A stretch of 43,620 nt of DNA, from positions 54,056,698-54,100,317 of the forward strand of contig NC_068994.1 in the NCBI RefSeq assembly GCF_001194135.2, read 5' to 3'. This stretch comes from Octopus bimaculoides. Lineage: Eukaryota. The first letter of the stretch is position 1. Every line of letters begins with the position of its first letter. Positions 10,801 through 20,674 of the stretch are shown here, piece after piece. Position numbers and translations under genes: made by a program. A model generated the notes under the pieces. The model searched no databases and was not told where the DNA came from. It saw only the letters and a program-made list of their open reading frames with translations.

Positions 10801-13800
10801 TTCCATTTTATTTCTTTTTTATTTATTTATATATATATATTTTTTTCTTTTTAGTACCATACAACAATGACAATCGAGGTTTTCCTGCAGACCATTTCCA
10901 CGCACCTAAAGCCTATTCTAAAGTGGCCGATACATGCAAATCTGAAGATTTTGATGCAGTTTCAAATAGCCGGCACCCTCACACTGGCATACACATTGAC
11001 GACAAGAATTACTGGAATCAAACGCGAATTCCAAGTGCTGACCTCTCGGTGTTTGATGCGACGTCGGAACTGACTCCTGAGAAACTTGCCAACATGGACA
11101 AAATGCATCAGTTCCAGAAAGCTCAGCAGGAGGTTCAGAACCTTTTCAGTCACAATGCTGACTATATGTTCGCTTCAAATAGTGAGTGTAAGTTTAAGAT
11201 TTTGTTGTTTTCGACAGAAATTTAATCAGTGAAACTGCAGCCTTTTATGAAGCAAAATTTTGATTCGTTAAGAAATTCCTGGTGTGTGTTTGTATATGCA
11301 TGTGTATGCATATTTGTGTATGTATATGTATGTGTATACATATTATGTTTGTGTGTGTGTGCATATATGTATGTTTACATTTGTGCTTTTGCAAAAATCC
11401 CTTCCTCTATCAACATGCCATCTTCTGGCTTTGTGCCTTTGAAGTTGTTGTGATGGTATTATCCCTAGAGGCCTTCCTGTATCAGGAGGGCCACATCTCT
11501 ATCATCCTCTCTACTCCTTTTTTTAAAAAAATCTTTGTATGCTAAGCATATGTCCCTTTTTCAATGTATACCGTGTATACTTACTGTCCCTTTTTGTAAT
11601 CATTTCATTATATGTAAATCCCCACACTTTTTGTGTTTGTATTGTCCTTCTTATCATTCACCCTTGTGGCAAATAAATGAAATCATCATCATCATTATTA
11701 TCATTGTTATTGTTGTTGTTGTTATTGCAGGTTCTCTCGACTGTAACTATTCTAACAGCAAGACACTCTCAGAGGTAATGAATGATGTCCAAAGCCAGAT
11801 TCAGGAATTGTATACGGACAAGAAGTTTCAAACGGAGAATAATAATCCAAGAAATCTACGTTAGTAGCAGCTTTCCTTTATTACTTCAAAACCCTTTTCG
11901 TTTGACGCCTAAGTATGTGCTTTAACAACAGACGATAAAATATCTTCCCACAAGATGTATATGGTTTTTACATTACATCTCTGGAATGTTCCAGCAATAT
12001 GTAGAGGGCTAGTTATGGGTAAGAGCAATGATGTCCTTGGATAAAATCTAGGTGTCAACAAGGATGAACTGGCTGATCTATTCAGGAAAACTTTCTGGCT
12101 AGGGACTGCTATGGATAACTTCCAGATATCCTTGACTTGCAACGCTACTGAGCAGGGGCACTGCTGGTTTGAGCTGAACTATACAGGCTGAGGGGTGCTG
12201 CTATATGGAACTGTCCAAGATGAGATCACAGCAACAAAACTGTACTGCTTGCATTTGTGTAGTCTCTGAGCATTGCTGACTTGTGGACATGAATGGTTGG
12301 TGTTGCTTGTAACCTGGACCTGGCTGTCAGCCAACCCCATCAAGAAGATTGCTTTGCTGCCTTCATTTTATAAGTTTGGGCAGGCTGTTTCCTTGTTTCT
12401 GGTTTCTGGTGGATGATGTTGAAAGGGTTGAGGTAAGACCCTTTCCTCCTCACTCAGTCCCTCATTCAGATTTACAAGTTCTACTTGGAAAGGAAAGTAA
12501 GAATGGAGAGGGAAGGGCTCTCCACCAGTGAATCTGTCAAACGGTAGGGGGTGACTGATGAAGTTGCTTTGAGTGAATAGAAATACTCTCAGCATTTGCC
12601 TGTAGATAGAACATCAGTTGGGTGAAGGTTTGTACCCTTGATGATCAGGGTAATCTTGAATCTGTGGAGTTCCTTCATTGGCCCTGGTTGGAGGCTCTCC
12701 TGCATCAGGATTACGTCATACATGTATTCGTATTCAAATTTGGTATACTATGTATACATTTTATTCCATTCCCCCCCCCCCTTTTTTTTACATCACCTAA
12801 TTTTATGTAAACTTCATGTAAACTTACCTGTCTTATAAGGATTTTTCGTCTTGCCCCACCGAAAATTAAAGGCACCAAACTGATGGAATCATTGAATCAT
12901 TTGCATGTTGGACAAAATGTGTCTTGCAGTATTTCTTCCAATACTTTATGTTCTGGGTTCAAATTCTGTGAAGGTCAGTTTTGCCCTCCATCCGTTCAGG
13001 AATTGATAAAATTAGAACTGGTTGAGCACTGGGGGGATTGATGTAACTGGTTTACTCTTCCTTCTAACAACTGCTGGTCTTGTGCCAAAATTTGAAACCA
13101 TTATTATTATTATTATTAATATTATTATTATTATTGTTATTAATTAATTAATCTATTTATTTTTCTGTAGCATCAACTCGGTTTGATTCAACTCCTATAT
13201 CACATCCACCAGCACGGAGTCAGGATATTTGGACAACTAAGACCCGTTCGGTGCCTCCTGGTTTCCAACCTCTCGGTTCTACTGAAACCTCAAACAACTG
13301 TCCTCGGAGAAATTTCGATGACTTCACTACTTGGAGCCCATCATTCGAACCTCGGTATGTTAAGACGACGCAGTTTGAACAGAAAGTCGTGTTGTTGATA
13401 TTGTTGTTTTTGTCATCTTGTAGACCTCAGGACTCAATGGTAAGTTATTGAGGCAAGTGCTAAACCCATCATATATAGGCCTACATCATTAGATGGGTAT
13501 CCCTCATCATCATTTAATGTTTGTCTTCCATAGGATCCAATCAGCATCGAGGTCCAGTGTTGCTTTGACATGGTTTCTGCAGTTGGCTGCCCTTTCTAAT
13601 GCCAGCACCCCCTTTACAGCATGTATGGGTACTTTTTTTTTTTTTTTTTTTTTGCACGACACCAGCGCTAGTGAGGTTGCCAAGTAACTTGCGAGACAAA
13701 AAATGACTTCCTTGACTAAATACAGTTGTTGTAGAGAGGAAAGCTTCATGTTGGATGTTGAGAAGCTAAAGTACGACAGAGGGACAGATACCGGTGTCTT

Positions 13801-15847
13801 GTCCCCTGTTAAAATTGGTTCAGTTTTTTCGTAACTAAGAGACTGAAGTTAAATAATAATTTTTTTCCTCACCAACTTCTCTTTACTTTCAGCCAACAAC
13901 CATCGTTAAGTCCAAACTATTTGAAGCTGGTGAAACCTAGTACTGTATTGGTGCCACCTTCAATGTTCAACAGTTGTTCAAAGACGGAACCACCAAAACC
14001 TAATTTACCCAGGTAAACCCCGTCAAATTCTTTTCTTCACACATATTTCTTTTTCAGCTGAGGCGTTTCCAACATGATGGGTTCCTTCTGCTTACTGCTC
14101 TTGTTAATAAATGCTTGATTAGTTTCTTATAATAATTATGTATAGATATTAAATTTCATCATCATCATCATCATTTAACGTCAATGCTGGCATGTGTTAT
14201 TAACTAATGTATATTTCTGATAGGGTGATGAGCTGGCAGAATTCTTAGCACGCCAGGCAAAATGCATTTCAACATTTTGTCTGTTTTTATATTCTGAGTT
14301 CAAATTCCACTGGGATTGACTTTGCTTTTCATCCTTCTGGGGGTCAATAAAATAAGTACTAGTGGAACCCTGGGGGTTGATGTAATTGACATATCTCCTC
14401 TCCTGAAATTACTGGCTTTGTGCTAAAATTTGAAGCCAATATATATATATATATGATAAACTTATATTCATGTACAAGCATGGATGTGTGGTTAAGAAGT
14501 ATGCTTTACAACCACGTAGTTTCAGGTTCAATTCTACCATGTGACACCTTAAGCTAGTATCTTCTATAGCTCTGAGATTTGAGGGTGATTTGGTAGATAG
14601 AAACTGTTGTGTGTGTATAAGTATATTTAAAAAAAATTCCAACAAATTAAAAAAAAATATACTATAAGGAAATAATGATTAAAAAATTTTTCTTAATTTT
14701 TGTAGGAATAACTGGTCAACTTCATGGGGATCAAATTGCAGCCATTCTGTAATTGATACTAATTTAACAGAATTAGCTCAGAAACTCCAGCAGGTAAGAT
14801 GTCTTATTTTTGTGAATTGTTTCTTGAATAAGGTCTCTATGTTTAAATTGTAACTTAAAGATGGTGGTTGGTGCAATTATTAGATTAATATTATTAGAAT
14901 GTTGTTACTATTGTTCCTGCTGTAGCTATTGTTGTTAAAGCGTTGAGCTGCATCATTCAGAAGTTCCATGGTTCCCAAAATTCACCAGCATTAATTCTGA
15001 CATGCCCCTGCACCACCACCATCATCATTTAACATCTGTTGTCCATGCTGGCATGGGTTGGACGGTTTGACCAGGGCTAGTAAGCTGGAAGGCTGTACCA
15101 GATTCCAGTCTGTTTTGGCATGGTTTTCTGCAGCTGGATGCCCTTCCTAACGCCAACCACTCCGAGAGTGTAATGGGTTCTTTTACGTGCCACTGACACG
15201 GGTGCCATTTGTGCGACACCAGTATCTGCCACAACTCTAATTTTACTTGGCCTGATGGGTCTTCTTTGCAAGCACGACATAATGCCAAAGGTCTCGGTCA
15301 TTGCTTCCGTGAGGCCCAACACTTGAAAGGAACTTGGCCACTTTGCCTCTGTGAGGCCCACTGCTTGAAAGGAACTTGACTACTTTGCCTCTGTGAGGCC
15401 CACTGCTTGAAAGGAACTTGACCACTTTGCCTCTGTGAGGCCCAACATGACTCTTTTTTGTCTTATTGCATTTTATTCTGCACACTCTGCGTATATCTCT
15501 TGCTATCATTGCCATTTTTCTTTACTTGCATGTCTGTTTTCCATTCCCTCTTTTAACCTTTTCTGACCAGTCGTAGTGCACCTGAACACTACATGCAATT
15601 AGTTCGTTATTATATTGTTAATTGCCATCTTATTGTCTTTATTCTTCTCGGTGTTATTTCAGGTCCTTCCTTCAGCTCATTCCAATGTACACTGGCCACA
15701 GCTCTACTGGGAAATGGATCAGCTCTTCCTTGATTTCAGTAACTCTTCTCATACTTTTACCTTTCATGTGAAACGCTTGTATTAATGTTGACACATTTCG
15801 TTTGTCTCTGTTTCTGCCTTCATCCCAAATGAGTTTCCAAGAGAATA

Positions 15848-15897
<50 letters not shown>

Positions 15898-17870
15898 TGT
15901 GTGTGTGTGTGTGCATGTGCATGTGTTTTTGTTTGAATGCATGTGACCATTGTAGACAAGTGTTGCCATCATACAAGCAGCGTCTTTTGTTTCTAATCTT
16001 GTGTGAAAACATGTCTGGTCATGGGGAAGACGTTAAACGATGATAATGATGATTAGAAACTGGTGAGGGTTGGCAGTAGGAAGAGCACCAATGAGAAAAT
16101 CTACCCTCAGTGAATTGTGTTTCACATATACAATAATGGAGAAGTGAATGTTAAAACAATGGTGAATTTATATTTATGTGTGTGTACATGTACAGTATGT
16201 ATGTATGGTACGTACGCATGTGTGTATGGTACATATGTATGTATGGTATGTGTGCCTGTTTCTCAACTGGGAAAATGTTTTCTACTGTAGCTGACCAAAG
16301 CTTTGTGAGTGTGTTTGGTAGCTGGAAACAGAAGCCCATCATGTGTGTCTCCTTGTCTTGACGTGTGATTTTTTTTGTCAATGAATGTCATTCATTTCCA
16401 ATATTCTGCAAAAGCCAATTCTGGTTATGGGGAAATTATTTTGCTTAGAAAGAGGTGAAGGTTGGCAACAAGGAGGGCATGAAACCATGCCAAAGCAGAC
16501 ATATGATCACAATTCAGTCCTGGGATTCTATCAACCCTACATACTTATATTAACATGGGACATTTACGTTAAATGATGATGTTGATGCATACATCTAGAC
16601 ACACATATATGCATATATACTCTGTACAGCTGTGTCTAACGCTCACAGTTGTACAGAGTAAATATCAAATAGTCATCTTCACTCCTAGTTATATCATGGC
16701 ACTCCGTTGGTGACGACGACGAGGGTTCCAAGTGATCTAATCAACGGAACAGCCTGCTCGTGAAATTAACGAGCACTCTACAAACATTTGTACCCTTAGC
16801 GTAGTTCTTGGGGAGATTCAGCGTGACGAAGGGTGTGACAAGGCTGGTCCTTTGAAATACAGGAAGAAAGATTGAGAGAAAGAGTACAGAAGGGTTCGCC
16901 ACCACCTCCTGCTGGAGCCTCATGGAGATTTAGGTGTTTTTGCTTAATAAACACTCACAACGCCCGGTTTGGAAATTGAAACTGCGATCCTATGACCGCG
17001 AGTCCACTGCCCTAACCACTGGACCATTGCGCCTCCACCCTAGTTATATAATGTAGGCTGTAATATCAATATACAGAATACTTTATAGAACATGCATAAC
17101 ACAGTGACCTCCCTTCGTTGCCAAATGCAGCAGGTTGGTACATTGACTCGAGGAAATTTGAGGGTTAAATGCAGCAGACAAAATAGACATGCAGCTGTTG
17201 TTGCTAAACTCCATATTGGCAGACCTATCATGAAAGGGTTTCTAATTGGAACCAGCCCAATTTTTGTCTTTTTTCCCCTCCTAGTAAAGTGTACCTAAGA
17301 CTACATTTACCAATATGCTTTTTTTTTTTTTTTTTTTGAAAGGGTTGAGAGATTTGAGTGAGATTTTGTTACTATTTTTAGCAGGTGAAATGACTGCTTA
17401 AAGGTTTCTATATAGGCTCAATAGATGTGTAACCCCCACCCCGAAAAAAAAGACCCCAACACATTCAGAGTGCCAGATATGCACAATTGGTTTCAGTGGT
17501 TCCCACATTAGTATCTAAGATGTGTACTGCAGCATAAAAGCCATATTGCTTGTCTGAACTGTACTTCTTTCTTATTTATCGAAGACGTAATATAAGACTT
17601 CAGTTAATTGTTCCCTTTGATTTTGTTTCAGGAGAACTGTCCAGCACCCAGAAACTGAACCTTATTCTGAAGACCGTCTTAACACAAGCGATTCAAGAAC
17701 CCAACTTCTTTAATAATGCCATCACTCTAATATTTTATTTTCGAGGTGAGTTTCTTTAGAACATACTTCAAGAAAGACTATTTAACCTGATAAAGTAAAC
17801 TTTTAGCCTTTGCTCTCTCTCTCTCTCTCCAAACCACTTTCCTTCTGTGTCCTCTCCTTGTCTTGTCTAT

Positions 17871-17903
<33 letters not shown>

Positions 17904-20588
17904 AATGGAGTCTGATTTTCTAAATTTGATGGCCATATACCATTTCTAACGAAACCCTATCAGCCTCATGTCTTCTCTTCTCCTTACACTTACTGTTTCT
18001 CCCCTAGACCTTTCACTAACCTATTCCCCCTCCCCTCAATCCTTCTCCAGAACTGTCCGCTGAGTACATATTTCCATGGCACCAGCATTATAGAGGCTAA
18101 ATGAGTTTTCTTGTCCCTGTTTAATCTACCAGCCATTTTACAAAGTGATCTTTGTGCTTTTGTTTTTTGTTTTCATGGCACCACCATTAGAGAGGTCACC
18201 TTACAACTGAAAGGGAGACAGGGTGAGATAGAGAGAGAGAGAGAGTGAGGAGGGGAAGTGTAGCGGTGTGTTATACATGTTTTTAATTTGTCTTCTTTTC
18301 ATTTTCAGATCATAACAGTTTTGAGAATAGTCTGCGCACAACTATCACAGATTTAGAGATTGATCATATTAAGGTTGGTAATCTTTTTCTTATTTCTACT
18401 TTTAGAAAATATCAGACCTGAATGGTGTATTTTTCTATGAAACCCTACCTTTTGTTAGGTCTTCATTTTAAAATTACTTAAAAATTCAAGTAGCATTTTT
18501 GTTTGTTTTTTCTTTTGTTCTTTGTATTTTACCGTTGTGACAAAATACCAAGCACAATTCCTTCTTATATGGTGTGCGTTTTGTAAAGTTGTAGTTAACT
18601 GGAATGCTTCGGATATCAAACACAAGTCAATGAGCAAAATACTCCTTCGATGTGTTTCCTGCTCATTAAAACTGCACACATCTATATTTAATACTTTCAT
18701 TATCATTTTTCTGTTGAAAGACAAGTGCCGGCATGACTGTGCAGTAAGAAGTTTGATGATGATGATGATGATCCTGCCACTTCATTGTATTTGTCTTTGT
18801 AATAATTCCGTCCAAAACTTACACTATTGTTGTTGTTGTTGCTTACCAGCCGGAAAGTTTGACTGCTGAGACCTTTGCAGACCTGTTGGGCCATATTTTT
18901 GTTGAAATCTGCTCCCGAAACTCTCAGTAAGACAACTTTATTCATCTGTTTTCATTTTTAATATTTTCATTTGGATTCTTTTTCTCTCATTATACCTGGT
19001 TGCTTGAAGCCACTGACATTTTGCATGAGGCTCTACATGGTAACATGAAGCTATTGAAAATAAATAAATAAATAAATTAATTAATAATAATAATAATAAT
19101 ACAAATCATCTTTTCTACTATAGGCACAAGGCCTGAAATTTTAGGGGTGGGGGCTAATCGATTACATTGACCCTAATGCATAACTGGTACTTATTTCATC
19201 AATCTCTTTTTTTTTTCTCTTCCTGTCTTTTCTTTCAGAAGATGTTCTTTCACACCATTTAGGACAATTCTCACCAAATGGTTGAACTTCTCCAATGTAA
19301 GTTGAAGCATATTTTGGTATTACTATTGAATGCTGGGGAATGTTTATTGTATTTTATTCTTACAAAACTTATTGTTTTTATGTTGGAATTACTGGACCAC
19401 ATTCCATCCCATATTTTTCTTTCAAACAGTGTATTTAGCACTATGCTATTGAATATGACTCTCTTCTTATTTTATAGTCATCTGAGTATGATTTGAAGGA
19501 GGTTAGACTGCTATTTCTAGCAGAGAAAGCAACCTTGTTGGTTTACTGTTTTAGTGTTGTTCTTTACCCCTACTGCATCATGGACATCATTGTCATCATT
19601 TTTACATCTGCTTTTCCATACTTGCTTGATGGAATTTGTCAAATCATATTTTCTATAGCTGGATGCTCTTGCTGTCATTAAACCTCACCTGTTTCCAAGC
19701 AAGCAGGGATGTGCCGCCTGGCAAGGTAGACAGTGCCTATCCTGAATGAAATAGATCGATACCAACATTTTCCTTTTATGGCAAAATATGCATATAATTC
19801 AATAAAACTATGAAGGTGATTCTGATTATTATGCATAAAATACAAAATATTTTATTTTTTGTAGATTAAGTGGCTGCTGTTTCTAGTTAGGCTTACAAAG
19901 AATAAGTTGTGGGGGTGATTTCTTCAACTAAAAAACCCTTCAAGGCTCTGCTTCAGCATGGCCACAGTCAAAAGAATAAAAGAGAGGAAGAAAAAAGCCA
20001 AAATCAGAGTAAATTTCTTAACTCTTGGATTTCAAATTTAAATGATTTATTTTTCTCTCTTTTCTCTTTTTTCTTCTTTTTGCAGCCCAACAATTCTCCA
20101 CAAAGTGACTGTCATTTGTGTAATCTCTACCAGCATTCATTCCTCGATTTTTGGACAGTTGCTGGTCTCAGTTGTTTGCAGAATCTGTCTTCAGAATTCA
20201 CGGGTTTTCTCAGGAGAGAGATGAAGTCAATGATCCTTAGTACCAGTGTGGAATTGTAAGTAAAGAAAATACATTAAAATGGAATAGTTTTGGTGAAGTG
20301 TTGTGTGATGTTACTTTTAAGAGACTAATTGTGCAAGGTTGGAACAATGCGAGAGGATATAGAGTCAACAACAAAAGGAAAAACAAAACATAGTGGAATG
20401 TTTATGAATTGGCATCCGAGATTTTAATAGAAGACTTACATAAACACACACACACGCATGTATGAGACAAAGAGCTGTAGGCCGTCTGACAGAACCCAAA
20501 CCCTGTCTATCACATTACATGTGTATTTGTTGCATTCTGTTCATGTTTATAATGTTACACACACACACACATGCACATAAAATGTGCA

Positions 20589-20674
<86 letters not shown>

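Noticed and set aside
15309-15445. CRISPR-like regular repeat
   Set aside because: The 42-bp units are contiguous with no unique spacers, the host is eukaryotic, and the unit derives from a SINE body.
15672-16043. His-Thr and Cys-Val repeat ORFs (also near 11229, 20462, 24455, 39502, 41349)
   Set aside because: These are translations of CA/TG/TA microsatellites.
16960-17038. tRNA-like sequence on the minus strand
   Set aside because: It continues into a SINE body and does not form a complete cloverleaf.
18522-18869. 115-aa ORF as a coding exon
   Set aside because: It runs through GAT and TGT microsatellites, and its phase does not fit the neighbouring exons apart from the 23-nt microexon reported separately.
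19659-19725. Extra MIF4G exon (LDALAVIKPHLFPSKQGCAAWQ)
   Set aside because: It has a good acceptor, but the best donor gives phase 1 while the next exon needs phase 0.
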